A DNA stretch of 64,000 nt from Eledone cirrhosa (taxonomy: Eukaryota), in assembly GCA_964016885.1 (NCBI GenBank), contig OZ024757.1:29264001-29328000 (forward strand). Direction: 5' to 3'. A program made the position numbers and the translations under genes. Under the pieces are notes generated by a model that ran no database searches, was not told where the DNA came from, and worked only from the letters and a program-made list of their open reading frames with translations. Positions 40,466 through 62,362 of this stretch are shown piece after piece (position 1 is the stretch's first letter; every line of letters starts with the position of its first letter).

Positions 40466-40590
40466 GAGCTAGTGAGTTCGTTTCCTGAACCGGGCGATGT
40501 GTTGTATTCCTGAGCCAGACTATATATTTCACGTAGCTCCAGTTTACTGTAGAAATGAGTTGTGACGTCACTGGGGCCAAACTATATCGA
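40466..40590 (+). mobile_element. Fragment of a second SINE family (CORE/V-like)
   Basis: B-box-like gagttcgtttcc followed by tgttgtattcctgagccagac..tttcacgtagctcc..aaatgag; resemblance is from memory only. Confidence 0.45.
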
Positions 40591-41949
40591 ACATTATAAT
40601 ATAGGCGATTGCCGTTTCCTTAGACAACAACGATGGTATGGAGAGGGGAGACGGGTATACATCAGTGACAGCTGGTCTTCCACAAACAACTTTGCCCAGA
40701 GTTTTGCCTCAGGTGGGAAACTTTCTAGGTACAAATCCCATGGACATTCGTGACCAAAGGGGACCCTTTTTACCCTTACCATTATATATATATATATATA
40801 TATATATATTTCGCGGTGATTGGCTTCACGGGAGTTACGACTCAATACGCACACAAATATATTTAAATATATGTACACACACAGAGGCATCTACCTATAT
40901 ATATATATATATATATATATAGCGCTTCTAGTTTTACTTCAAGGTTTAACTAGATAGACTAGACAAACCAAGGGCGTGGCGTATGTCATATTGCTTGGAT
41001 TTAATTTGAGTGCATACAAACAGGTCACGCAGGTCACGAAACACGAAACTTTGAACTCTTTGGTAACCTTTTGACTCGACACTTTTTTGATTTACCAGAT
41101 AAAAAAACAACAAAAAAAAACAAAGCAAAACAAAAACAACAACAACAAAAATTTAAAAAAATCAAACCGGAATTATTGAATCTACCCCCCCCCCCCCCCC
41201 CTGCTAATTAAATCGATACTGTTGTGTCTGACCTTTCCGCCTGAAATAAATAATTAGATTTCTCACCAACGAAGGTCGTGCTGTGATTTTGTTTCTTCTT
41301 TTTTTTCATAGACTTCAGAGTTCAGAGGAAATTAAATTAAATTATTTGACTTGAGCTGATTTCGGTTTTTCGTTAGCTTTATATTCGTTAACGAACGCCA
41401 TTATCAATGCTACCAACACCTTCACATATATCACCACCACTACCACTAAAACCAACAACCCTCGCTAACACCACCCCTAATAAAATCCTCACTAACATCA
41501 CCACAAACATCACCATCACGAAACCATTACTAATACCACCACTACAAACACCACCACCATCACGAAACCATCACTACTACCACCACAGCCATTACCATCG
41601 CTACTTAAACCATCACTATTACCACCACTAGAACCACCACCATCACGAAACCATCACTACTACCACCACAGCCATCACCATCGCTACTTAAACCATCACT
41701 AATACCACCACTACAAACACCACCACTAGAACCACCACCATCACGAAACCATCACTACCACCATCACAGCCACCACCATCACTACCACAACCAGCACCAC
41801 CACTACCATCATCCCCACCATCATCATTACAACAATCACTACCAAAACCAGCACCACCACTACCATCATCCCCACCATCATCATTACAACAATCACTACC
41901 AAAACTACCACCACAGCCATCACCTCCACAACCACCACAACGACTACGA

Positions 41950-42690
41950 ACTACCAACATAACTAGAACCCAAACAATCACCAATACCACCACAACCATC
42001 ATCACCACAACCATCACCACCACAACGGCTACCAACGTAACTAGAACCCAAACCATCACTATTACCACCTCCAACACCACCACAACGAACACCACCACAA
42101 CCATCATTACCACAACCATCACCACCACGACCACAACGACTACCAACATAACTAGAATGCAAACAACCACCAATACCACCATAATCATCATCACCACAAC
42201 CATCACCACCACAACGGCTACCAACGTAACTAGAACCCAAACCATCACTATTACCACCTCCAACACCACCACAACGAACACCACCACAACCATCATTACC
42301 ACAACCATCACCACCACGACCACAACGACTACCAACATAACTAGAACGCAAACAACCACCAATACCACCATAATCATCATCACAACAACCATCACCACCA
42401 CAATGGCTACCAACATAACTAGAACCCAAACCATCACTATTACCACCTCCAACACCACCACAACGAACACCACCACAACCATCATCACCACAACCATCAC
42501 GACCACAACGACTACCAACATAACTAGAACCCAAACAACCACCAATACCACCACAACCATCATCACAACAACCATCACCACCACAATGGCTACCAACATA
42601 ACTAGAACCCAAACCATCACTATTACCACCTCCAACACCACCACCACAACGAACACCACCACAACCATCATCACCACAACTACCACTAGC
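41950..42690. repeat. ~177-180-bp ACC-rich tandem repeat, 4 copies, each made of two related subunits
   Basis: Anchor ctaccaac(a/g)taactagaaccc recurs 8 times at alternating spacing. Confidence 0.9.
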
Positions 42691-43303
42691 AAAACCAACT
42701 ACTGGGTTTTATTTAATCGGCTTTACATATTTCCCCCTCAAAGGTTTCTGGCCTGACCTTGTGCCTAAACGAGAGATCAATATTATATACAATGTGTAGC
42801 TATTTACTGTATAGACACAACGTTTAGAAGCTGAATCTTACTGTCCATAGGAATTCTTAAGAAATATATTTTTACTTGTGTAAAATAAGCAAAAATAAAA
42901 TATGCAGAGAAAAAGAAAAAGGTAAGAATCGAATAAAAGAAGTTAATATATTAAACAAAAACATCACGTAAGTTTTATATTGATAAAAAAAAAAAAAACT
43001 TTTACTTTGACACTACGCCATCTTTCGCTTGACTCAAGCAAGAGAATGTTGAACTATTGAAGTGAAAGTAGTATTTGACTTAAGCTCTAAGACATTAAGG
43101 AGTAGACCTCCCACAGACTTGTATCGTGTTATTAGGTGGTGAGCTAGCTAGACAGAATAGCTAGTAAAGTATAGCATCGTAAAGATATCTGTATCTGTTA
43201 ATCTACAGCTAAAGCCTGTCTCAACGATCTTCTTAAAGAAATCTATGTTATTTTTTTTAAATATATATATTCCGATTTTTCTCTCTCTCGCATACACACA
43301 CAC

Positions 43304-43377
<74 letters not shown>

Positions 43378-43770
43378 TTATACATATCTATATACACGCA
43401 CACACATATATACACACTTATATGTATATATATACACATATATGTATATATATATAAAGTATATATGTATAATATATATATAATATATATATATATATAT
43501 TTATATATAATTATAATAAATAAAGACCCCCCCCACCACCACCACATGTATATTCATCAATATCAATCTATCTATCTCTCTGTATGTATATATATATATA
43601 TTCAGCATAACCTATACATACAAAACATGGACGTTATGTTACAAAATCAAATTATGCAAGATGGATCGTTTCCCTAATTCTTATATAATTCTCCAGGAAA
43701 TGGTGCCGAAGCATCTCGTATTTTGAACGAGATTGAGGATCTCGGATGTTTCGAAATGTGATTAGAATTT

Positions 43771-43809
<39 letters not shown>

Positions 43810-43899
43810 TGTATAAATAATATATATATATGAATAATATATGTATTATATATATAAATAATATATATATATATAATATATATATATATAAATAATATA

Positions 43900-43938
<39 letters not shown>

Positions 43939-44063
43939 CATATATATATAATATGCATATATAATATGCATATATATATAATATGCATATATATATAATA
44001 TACATATATATATAATATACATATATAAATAATATACATATATAAATAATATATATAAATAAC

Positions 44064-44108
<45 letters not shown>

Positions 44109-45446
44109 ACATATACAATGTACATTATATATATATATATATATAATTTACATATATAAATAATATAATATATATACATAAATAATATATATATATATAC
44201 ATATATATTTGTGTATATATGTATATGTATATTCACATATTGTATTAATAGTTACAAGATATATTGGGGCGACTTTGTGCTGTTGAAAACGCAAAGCAAC
44301 GCAACAAATTTCCAATATTCGAGTAAGAACCAAAAGGAAGACGGTGTCAACAAAAAACATTCTATAATAGGCAGCAAATAAAATATAATAAAATAGATAT
44401 ATATATAAAGATATAGAAAGCCACCAATCCTTCAATATGCGCATTTTTAGATAATGTTTGAATATTGTCACGTCGTATTAAAGTGTTAGTCATATATCTA
44501 ACCTGACATACTCTATCTAATAAAGCCGGCATGATCACACCCATTCTTATATTCAACATTAGAGTTCTTGTGAATACGGTTCGGGCAGTTGATGCTGTTG
44601 TTGTTTGTGTTGTTGCTATTGTTGCTGGTGCTACTGTTGTTGTTGATATTGTTTGTGTTGTTGTTGGTGTTGTTGGTATTGTTGTTGTTGTTTGTGTTGT
44701 TGCTCGTGATGTTGCTATTGTTGCTGTTGCTATTGTTACTATTGTTGCTGTTGTTGTTGATGCTGTTGTTTTAACTGTGGCTGTTAGTATTATTATTGTT
44801 GCTGTTGCTATTTTTGTTGTTGGTGTTTGTATTGTTGTTGTTGGTGTTATTACTGCTGCGGTTGTTGGACCTGTAGTTGTTGGTATTGTTGTTACTGTTA
44901 CTATTTTTGTTGTTGCTGTTTGTATTGTTGATGTTGCTCTTGGTATTGTTGCTATTGCTATGCCAAGATTCAGACAAGGCGCTCTTCTTTGTGGGTAATT
45001 TCCTCACTTGGCCACCGCCACCCCAAATTTCTCGATGTAATGAGTATAGCTATGTATCGTGACTAACCTAATCCAAGTCCCCCACCTCTACGAAAAAAAA
45101 AAAGGAAAAATTCAAGCCCCCAACATCAAGGAAAAAAAATATAGAAGCTAAAACAAAATCCTGTAACAGTTTACACGGATTTAGGATTTTAACTTAAGAG
45201 GTTATAAAGCCAAGGATTTGGTATCCTGGATCCAGAATTATGAAACAACTTAAAATAAAATGACACACATACACACACACATACATACACACACATACAC
45301 ACACACACATATATGTATACACGCACATGTACCCAGGCATATAAACATACTGAGTCTTAAATACACAAATACAAACACACGCATACACACACACGCACAT
45401 ATACCCACGAATATAAACGCACTGGGTGTTAAATACACGAATACAA

Positions 45447-45477
<31 letters not shown>

Positions 45478-45561
45478 CATACACATGCAAATATTCCCAG
45501 GCATATAAACACATAATGTCTAAAATACAAATACAAACACATACATATACACACACACACA

Positions 45562-45612
<51 letters not shown>

Positions 45613-45690
45613 CATATATATATACATACACACCCATATACTCAAGCACTCAAGCACATATACCCACAGATAAACACACTAATACACACC

Positions 45691-45722
<32 letters not shown>

Positions 45723-45885
45723 CACACCCATATAATCAAGCATTCAAGCACAAATACCCACGCATATAAACACACTGGGTATTAAACACACACACAAACA
45801 ACACAAACAAACACAAGTATTTTAATCCCAATCCCTCAAAAACAAAAAAACAAAAAGAAACATTTTCAAGAAATATTTTCCTCAC

Positions 45886-45990
45886 CCAAGGAACACTGTT
45901 TGCAATATTCTGTTCCTGGTTGTGTAAAAATGAAGTACTTAGCGCTGATATTATTTCTTGTTCTCCTGTATACGTCACCAACTCAGCCAT
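45886..45990 (-). CDS. Candidate first coding exon MAELVTYTGEQEIISALSTSFLHNQEQNIANSVPW (exon 45886-46002)
   Basis: Acceptor atcttttttaatcgccttatag|, in-frame upstream stop, gggATGG start, donor TGG|GTGAG; unique island among repeats. Confidence 0.3.
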
Positions 45991-46248
45991 CCCAACAGAT
46001 TACTATAAGGCGATTAAAAAAGATAACGAACTGTGATTCTTATTGTTGTGTTATGGTTTGGTTTTGGTTTTGGTTTGGTTTGGTGATAGTTAGTATTTTT
46101 TTTTTTAGGTTTTTTTAAATGTTGTTTAATACGTTTATTTTTAACTTGATTTAATTGTATATTATATATTTGCATATTTCTTCTTCTTTAATATTATTAT
46201 TAATTTTTTTTTTACTTCGCTATTTTCTTTTTTGATATTATTATTTTT

Positions 46249-46290
<42 letters not shown>

Positions 46291-47004
46291 TGTGCCGTTT
46301 CCTTCGATTTCATCATCATCATCACCATCATATTCCAGTTGATGTACACCAACATCATCACCATTATATTCCAATAGCTGTTCATCATCATCACCATCAT
46401 CATTTTTCTCTTTTATTCTTCATCTTCTCCTTTTACATCTTCATTCGTCATCCATCTTCATATTTCGTTCGTCTTCATTATATATAATCATAATTATCAC
46501 CATTATCACTATCATCATCATTACTACTACTACTACTGCAATTATTGTTATTATTATTATTACTATCATTATTATTATTACTATCATTATTATTATTATT
46601 ATTATTCCAGTTTTGAAAAAAAATTCTTTTTAATTTTCGGGATTAATTTAATACGTTCGATCTTCCACCGTCAATTTGCTTTTGTGTATATTTTATAATT
46701 GTTTAATACTGACAGAGAGAGAGAGAGACAGAGAGAGAGAGAGAGGGGGGAGGATAGAGAGAGGGTGGGAGGGTGAGAGATAGACAGGGAGATATATATA
46801 TATATATATACACACATACACACATACATAGAGATGACGCGTAAATAATCTTACACACACGTATAACACCGCTCATACAAGCAACACAAATACAAGGACC
46901 ACACATACAAACACTAACACACACGTAAATAATCATACATACACACACTCAAACGGATATATACACACGTACAACAATAATTATACACGCACACAGAAAT
47001 ACTC

Positions 47005-47049
<45 letters not shown>

Positions 47050-47215
47050 AAACTTTACACATATTCATTCAAAACAGAAATAAATACAGACACACACATA
47101 AGAGGAACACACACAACAATCTCTACACACCTTCATTCAAAACAAACACACACAGAAAAGCAGAAACACACACGCAGAGAGAGAGGGAGAATGAGAGAGA
47201 GAGAGAGAGAGAGAG

Positions 47216-47313
<98 letters not shown>

Positions 47314-48006
47314 GAGAGAGAGAGAGAGAGAGAAAACACAAACACACAACACACACTGAAATCTCCCTTGCACCCAAAACGAAACCTTACTGCTACCCTT
47401 TACTTTTTCTATTTATTTTGTGTTATTTTTTCTATCGTCTGCTTCTTTCAATCAATCTTCCATTATCGCTACTGATTATGTCAATATGACTTCCATATTG
47501 GAAACTACTCGCTTTTAATTCTCAAGGCCGATGTCACGTACACCATTACCATTGTAACTTCTACGTAGTATTATCGTCGCCACCATTACCACTGCTGCTA
47601 CTTCTACCAATACTACTATCATCACCATCGCCACCACCATTAACACTACCTCTACCACCACCATCACCTCCACCACCACTACAAATAGCAACAGCAGCAC
47701 CACCATTACCACTACCACCATCACCACCACCACCACCAATAACAATTGCAGCGCCAATCTGCCACTACCTTTACCACTACCACCATCATCACCCTCGCCA
47801 CCACACTTACCACTACCCCCACCATCATCCCCACCATCATCATCACCATCTCTACCACCACCACCAATAACAACAGCAACGCCAATCTGCCACTGCCACC
47901 ATTTCTACCACTACCACTACCTCCACCACCAACACACCACCATCACTACCAACAACACCAACAACACTAACACCAACGCCAACACCACCAACAACAATAC
48001 AACAGC

Positions 48007-48710
48007 AGAGTTTGATCTGTTGTGAGATTGTCGTTGTGATTTAGGGCCAAGCAATGATGGTATATAATCTATACCACCTATACTACAGGTTATGGACTTC
48101 GTGAGTTGTGGTAGAGTTTTGAACCATTGTGAGATTACTGTTGTGGTTTAGTGTTAAGTGGTAATGGTATAGGCCATTGACTGTGTAAGTTGTGTTATTT
48201 CATTAGGCGGCGATGGAGTTTTGATCTATTGTGAGATTGTTGTTGTGGTTTCAAACGGTGATGGTAATACCACACTAGTTTAGATCATCGGCTGTGTAAG
48301 TTGTAATATTTCATTAGATGGTGATAGAGTTTTATCTATTGTGAGCTGTGAGATTGATGTTGTCGTTTAGTGTCAAACGATGATCGTATAGAGTGTCGGC
48401 TGTGTTAGTTGTGTTATTGTATTAGGTGGTGATAGACTTGTTATCTGTTGTGAGATTGCTGCTGTGGTTTAATGTCAAACGGTGATGGGAATACCAGACT
48501 GGTTTAGATCATCGGCTGTGTGAGTTATTTTATTTTACTGGGTGGTGATAGAGGTTTTATCTGTTGTAGTTTAGTGTTAAACGGTGATTGTGTAACATAT
48601 GGGCTGTATAAGTTTCGCTATTTTGTTGAGTGGTGATAGAGGTTTGATCTATTGTGAGATTGTATCAAAACGGTGATAGCATAGATAATCGAATGTGTAA
48701 GCTGCGCTAT
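48007..48710. repeat. Degenerate ~105-115-bp tandem repeat, ~6-7 copies
   Basis: Recurrent gagttttgatct.ttgtgagattg..gtggtttag..aaacggtgat..ggctgtgtaagttgt. Confidence 0.85.
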
Positions 48711-49064
48711 TTGTTGTTTGAACTGTTTCATATGTATTGGGAAATATGTGTCAGGGTTTAGTGTTAGGTTAGGTGTGAATATATGAATAGAGAGAGAGGT
48801 GAAGAAATTGCTTTCTAGCATTTAACAACAAACTGTTCTTATTTTGAGTTCGAATCCCGCTTCCGTCCCACATTACAGTTCAACCTTTTAAAGGAACTAC
48901 ACAATTTCATACCAAACCCTGGCAATATTTCAAAGACAATGAGTATGGGAATCTGGAGACAGCCGGATAAAATGCTTTTCAGTATTTAAATAAAGTCGTT
49001 TACGTTCTGTGTACGGATCTATCCCCGGATATGCAGGAGTTTGTGTGAAGTGTGTGTGTGTGTG

Positions 49065-49097
<33 letters not shown>

Positions 49098-49216
49098 GTG
49101 TGTGTGCGTGTGTGTGTGTGTGTGTCTGTGCGTGTGCGTGTGTGTGTGTGTGAATTGTGTATGTGTATGCTTGGCTCGATGTGATCGACTAAAACGAATG
49201 AACACCGTCTTCCAAA

Positions 49217-49234
49217 ATGGCGTCAGTCCAATGG
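49217..49234 (+). CDS. Candidate start exon (MASVQW|)
   Basis: ccaaaATGGCG initiation/YY1-like context followed by G|GTGAGT consensus donor; no downstream exon found. Confidence 0.22.
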
Positions 49235-49493
49235 GTGAGTTTTATATATATAAACATAAATGCACACACAGACATAGATATATATGTATACGTACATATA
49301 TATATATATATATATATGTACGTATATATATATATATATACAGATACATAGTGTGTGTGTCTAACTATATTTCTATCCAATTATCACCCCTCTTTTTCTT
49401 AATGTCTGTGTGTGTGTATATATATATATATATATAATATATATACACTGTATATATATATAGTGTTTGTGTGCGTGCGCGTATGTGATTATA

Positions 49494-49575
<82 letters not shown>

Positions 49576-49847
49576 GTGTGTGTGAGTGTATTCATCATTA
49601 TATCGTCAACGGAATTTTGGCGCTGAGTGTATTTTCGATAAACCACGGTAATAATCTTTGTTGCAGCAAACTTAACTATAGGCATACTCCCTAGTGACGT
49701 GAGTCCATTTATATTATATAGATATATTCACTGGAGCAGTTGATCGAGAACATAACAAAAGTTGTGTGCTTATGATATAACAGTATGAGGAAGGAGAGGA
49801 GTTCTTCAGTTCATAGCAAATGGAACACCTTACGAAAAGGCAGCATG

Positions 49848-49881
<34 letters not shown>

Positions 49882-50205
49882 TGTATGTATGTATGTATGT
49901 ATGTATGTATGTATGTATGTATGTATGTATGTATGTATGTATGTATGTATGTATGTATGTATGTATGTATGTATGTATGTATGTGTGTATGTATGTATGT
50001 ATGTATGTATGTATGTGTGTTGGTATGTATGTATGTATATATGTCTGTATATATGTTTGTATGTATGTATACATATGTATATCTGTATATATGTATGAAT
50101 GTGTGTGAATGTAGGAACGTATGTATGCATGTATATATGTGTGTATGTAATTATGTATATATTTATGTGTGTATGCATGTATATATGTATGCATGTGTTT
50201 AGGTA

Positions 50206-50247
<42 letters not shown>

Positions 50248-50480
50248 ATGTATGTATATATGTATGTATGTGTGTGTGTGTGAATGTATGCGTGAATGTG
50301 TTTGTGCAGGTAGGAACGTATCTATGCATGGTATATATGTGTATGTATGTGTGTATATATTATTTATGTATGTATCATGTATATGTGTATGTATGTATAC
50401 ACAGTGAATGATGTTTAATCAATATATTCTGCTCGGAGTCGGAGTAAAATATCTATTTATCTATACAATGAATGATAAAG

Positions 50481-50515
<35 letters not shown>

Positions 50516-50929
50516 AAACATATACATACATTTGTATACATACATATATGTATATATATATAGATACATATGTATATATGTGAGTGTGTATATATATATG
50601 CACAAACACGCACAAATATATATTTATATACACTTATAAATGTCCTTTGTGTGAGTTAAGGCTTAATCCAATTGGAGCAGTCAGGAAGAGAGTAATGGAA
50701 TAAACAGTTTCTTAGTGAAATCTTTTAGGATGAGACGCATGATAAAAGAAAATATCATTTAAAGGTGGGATGGCCGAAAATATATACCTTAGTAATAAGA
50801 TAAAGTCTTTCGGGGAAGGGAACGAAAAAAGAAGGGGAGTGGTTGAAGGAAGGGAAGTAGGAGGGGTTAAGAGGAAAGAAGGGAATTAAAGAAATATATG
50901 GTTACGTAGATTGTATATATTACGTTTTA

Positions 50930-53033
<2,104 letters not shown>

Positions 53034-53034
53034 G

Positions 53035-53642
53035 GTGGCTGCCAACTCGTTTTCGAGTACGGCCACTACTTTATATCCATGTAGGAGAACCCCTACCGAT
53101 GCGCTGAACGAGTGTGACTTTTTAGTCCAGCCAGCGACTTGAAAACTCTGGTACAAGCACTACACTTGTGACAATTATTGACACATAGTGCTGGGCCCAT
53201 GGTACCATGTGACAACAAGTGCAGAGAGATCTCCAGATATAAAGCAATGCCTGTGCCGTGAAGCTTTTATAGTGAGCAAAGGCACTGCACAAAGCCAGTC
53301 CCACTCTCTTGACCAAGATGATATTTACCAAAAAGAAGAACAAGTCAACATCATTGGATACCATCAGGGTTGCAGGTGTTATATCAGAGTTTTCCTTCTC
53401 CTAGAATTCTGCCTTGACAAAGGCTAAGGGTCATCTCTCCCGGTGACTTTGGATGGCCATTGACTCTTAAGAGCTCCTTTGCCCTTTGACAGGTTTTGTT
53501 TTTAGTCCTGCAGGATGTCCAAAGTCACCCTCCTCACCAAGAAACCTTGGTGGGGTTGCCAGTTTAGTCGCCAACGACCCGACCATGAGACAGGTTGTAC
53601 TGGGATACATGTTACCAGTAGCACCAACTGGTGACCTGACAT
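53035..53642 (-). mobile_element. Family B full-length copy
   Basis: End-to-end match with 38604-39212. Confidence 0.88.
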
Positions 53643-53696
53643 AACATATATATATACATATATATATACATATATATATACATATATATATACAAC

Positions 53697-53755
<59 letters not shown>

Positions 53756-53776
53756 CATATACATACATACATATAC

Positions 53777-53815
<39 letters not shown>

Positions 53816-53904
53816 CATATACATACATACATATATATACATACATATACATACATACATATACATACATATATATACATACATACATATACATACATAC
53901 ATAC

Positions 53905-53973
<69 letters not shown>

Positions 53974-54703
53974 CATATATATAGCATACATATATATACA
54001 TACATACATATACATACATACATATATATACATACATATACATACATACATACATATATATACATACATATACATATACATATATATACATACATATACA
54101 TATACATATATATATACATATATACATACATATATACATACATATATATATATACATATATACATACATATATATATATACATATATACATACATATATA
54201 CATACATATATATATATACATATATATACATACATACATATACATATACATATATATATACATATATACATACATATATACATACATATATATATATACA
54301 TATATATATACATATATATATACATATATATATACATATATATATATATATACATATATATATACATATACATATACATATATATATACATATATATATA
54401 CATATACATATACATATATATATACATATATATTATAAATATAATATATACATATATATATACATATATATATACATATATATATCACATATATATATAC
54501 ATATATATATACATATATATATACATATACATATATATATACATATATACATATATATATATACATACAATATATATACATATACATATATATATATACA
54601 TACATATATATACATATATACATATATATATATATACATACATATATATACATAAATATATATATATACATATATACATATATATATATATACATACATA
54701 TAT

Positions 54704-54736
<33 letters not shown>

Positions 54737-54948
54737 TACATATATATACATATATACATATATACATACATATATATACATATATATATTACATACATAT
54801 ATATATACATACATACATATATACATACATACATTATATATATTAATATATATATATATATATATGCATACATGCATTATATATATATATGCATACATAC
54901 ATTATATATATATATATATATGCATACATATATATATATATATATATT
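53643..54948. repeat. (TACA)n/(TA)n microsatellite
   Basis: Direct inspection. Confidence 0.97.
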
Positions 54949-54949
54949 A

Positions 54950-55290
54950 ATAAGAGGAATTCCAACTTGTCTGATTTACTCGTTTTATTTACAATCCTTT
55001 AAAATTTATAATGGTATTATAATGAAATAGTATGATAGAATATTAAATGTTAAGTGTTAATTGAACAAGTACTTCATGCTTTCGCAATCTTCAGGTTCAT
55101 AATGTGTGGTGACAGTCAAGTTTGCAATTTTCAACTTGAAAATTTCAACTTAAAAATTTCAAACTTGACTGTCACCACACATTATGAACCTGAAGATTGC
55201 GAAGCAGGAAAGTACTTGTTCAATTAACACTTAACATTTAATATTCTATCATACTATTTCATTATAATTTCATTATAATACCATTATAAA
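54950..55290 (-). mobile_element. Fold-back element with ~125-bp arms (55005-55130 / 55155-55290) plus one-sided tail
   Basis: Arms near-identical apart from a short duplication in the right arm; (TA)n on both sides; AATAAA in the minus-strand tail. Confidence 0.88.
55062..55099 (-). ncRNA. Minimal hammerhead ribozyme lacking helix II (mutated mirror at 55185-55222, + strand)
   Basis: Minus strand: tgaac-CTGAAGA-ttgc-GAAA-gcatgaagtac-TT-gttca. Confidence 0.65.
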
Positions 55291-57013
<1,723 letters not shown>

Positions 57014-57123
57014 AGGAGGTGAGTTTTATTGTAGCACAATAAAGCAATGTAAATAACGGATAATATGTACATTTAACACTTCACTACTCGCAAGTGTTTT
57101 TTAAACTTCATATCATGTCTCCC

Positions 57124-57194
57124 TATGTTATCTGATGAGAACGCAAGTATCATCCCATGATGATATTTGTTTTTGAAATGCCCATAATAAAATA
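57124..57194 (+). ncRNA. Type I hammerhead ribozyme (family D, island 57014-57226)
   Basis: tatgttat-CTGATGA-gaacgcaagtatcatc..gatgatatttgttttt-GAAA-tgccca-TA-ataaaata; one change each in helix I and the helix III palindrome. Confidence 0.78.
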
Positions 57195-57226
57195 CATGGA
57201 ACTCTTTTAACTATCTTTTGATCTTA

Positions 57227-60360
<3,134 letters not shown>

Positions 60361-60599
60361 CATACTCACACTGAGTCTAACACTTCTCTCCAACTTCTCG
60401 GTCTTCCTGTATCTTCCTATAATCTAGAGACATTAAAATTATAAACACAATCTTAGACGTAACAGAACAGTTAATTGTGTATTTAGAGTTGTTGATCGCC
60501 AAAGCGTCAATTAAACTGTCTATCGATGATCCAACAAGGATATCTATATGATAAAAATAACATTTATATTCCTTGAAATAAAACCCTGTCTTTAAAAGT

Positions 60600-60900
60600 A
60601 AATGAAGGACACACCGGACGATGTAGTCTTTGGTATGCCATAAATTGGGAAGCTGGATACAGGAATACTTTGATGGTTATTCTGTCCACACTCCGTTAAA
60701 ATTTAAAAAAAATAAAAATTGAAGGACAGGCTGGATAATGTGGTCTTAGATGTGTAATAGACTGGGAAGTTCATGTTCATTATAGGTGTATCTTCCATTA
60801 TAATTCCGTATAAGATAACGAAAGAACACATTGGAAAATCTAGTCTTAGATATATGATAAATTGTAAAGTTCATGATAGGAATATCTTTTATCATAATTC
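60600..60900. repeat. Three degenerate ~100-120-bp tandem units
   Basis: gaa(g/a)gaca..gga.(a)atgt.gtctt(a)gat..(a)attg.(g)aag.t recurs at about 60603, 60720 and 60819. Confidence 0.6.
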
Positions 60901-61371
60901 TGCTAAATCAAAGGTGAAGTGGGGTTAAAAAACAACATCAAATGACCATCGTAACTCGCGATTGTTGAACAGATGTGATTACACTTCATATTGCCATGTA
61001 ATGGGCCTTTAATTCCTGATGGAATTGTTGGGGAATCATCGTTACATTGACCATACCATGGTTATTTTCAACATGGCGGAGTTCATCTCTTTCCAGTCTT
61101 GAAAACAGCCAATTTATTGCAGATTATGAGAAAGAGAGAGAGGGGAAGAGAGAAATAGAGAAAGAGAGAAAGAGAGAAAAAGAGAAAGAGAGAAAAGGAG
61201 AAAAAGAGAGAAAGAGATAGATAGCTAGCTAGCTAGCTAGCTAGATAGATAGATAGATAGAGGGAGAGAGTTGGGAAAAGAGTACCATCAATCAATCTAT
61301 CTATCTATTGATTTTTTACAATGTCTGTGTGTGTATAAATAAATATATATATGTATGTCTATGTCTATGTC

Positions 61372-61402
<31 letters not shown>

Positions 61403-61579
61403 ATGGGGGGATTAAGTTGATTCGTGCAAAGGATTGTCGATTTAATGAAACATGCAGGAACGTACACACGTACACATGTATGTATATATATATATATGGA
61501 TGTATCTATGTATGTATGCATGTGTGTATGTATGTATAATATGTATGTAAGTATGTATGTATATTATATATGTATATTA

Positions 61580-61870
61580 AATATCAACTTGGTCAAGAGA
61601 GTGGGACTGGCTTTGTGCAGTGCCTTTGCTCACTATAAAAGCTTCACGGCACAGGCATTGCTTTATATCTGGAGATCTCTCTGCACTTGTCATCACATAG
61701 TACCATGGGCCCAGCACTATGTCTCAATAATTGTCACAAGTGTAGTGTTTGTACCAGAGTTTTCAAGTCGCTGGCTGGACTAAAAAGTTACACTCGTTCA
61801 GCGCATCGGTAGGGGTTCTCCTACATGGATATAAAGTAGTGGCCGTACTCGAAAACGAGTTGGCAGCCAC
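61580..61870 (+). mobile_element. Family B 5'-truncated copy
   Basis: Reverse complement of 53035-53325 with an intact 3' end. Confidence 0.9.
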
Positions 61871-62322
61871 CATATTATATATATATATATGTAAGTAAGT
61901 ACGTATGTAAGTATGGATGTATGCATGTACGTAAGTTTACATACATGCATGCATTCATATATAAATGCATTTACACTTAAATAGAGATTTACAAATACAT
62001 ATGAAATAAAGTTGTGGCAGCATATGCCACAAGTATTTTTGTGTGTCTGTTTGTTTGTTTTGTAAAGATTCATAGCAGGTTATTTTCCATTCGTCAATCA
62101 CGATGATAATTCTTTTTATTTCAACGTTTAAACATTTCTCATTTATATAACTCTTGCTTTAGTAAAAGAGATACAAAAGAAGAAATCAAACACGTTCGCC
62201 ATGTTTGCACCCGACCACTACACTTTACCAATGGATTATGTAACAACAACAACCACCACCACCATCACCCCACCGCAGCGTCAAAACCAAAGGCATTCGC
62301 ACAAACACACACACACACACAC

Positions 62323-62362
<40 letters not shown>

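Noticed and set aside
41233-41240. 8-nt minus-strand micro-exon (tttcag|GCGGAAAG|gtcaga)
   Set aside because: The donor is weak and the exon would break the phase between the two candidate exons; there is no independent support.
41944-42756. Mucin-like Thr-rich ORF and Gly/Cys/Asp-rich antisense ORF
   Set aside because: By-product of an ACC-rich tandem repeat; the ORF ends inside a SINE remnant (about 42700-42786) and no splice signals were found.
44531-44998. Hydrophobic multi-transmembrane-looking ORF
   Set aside because: It is a degenerate (GTT)n trinucleotide repeat.
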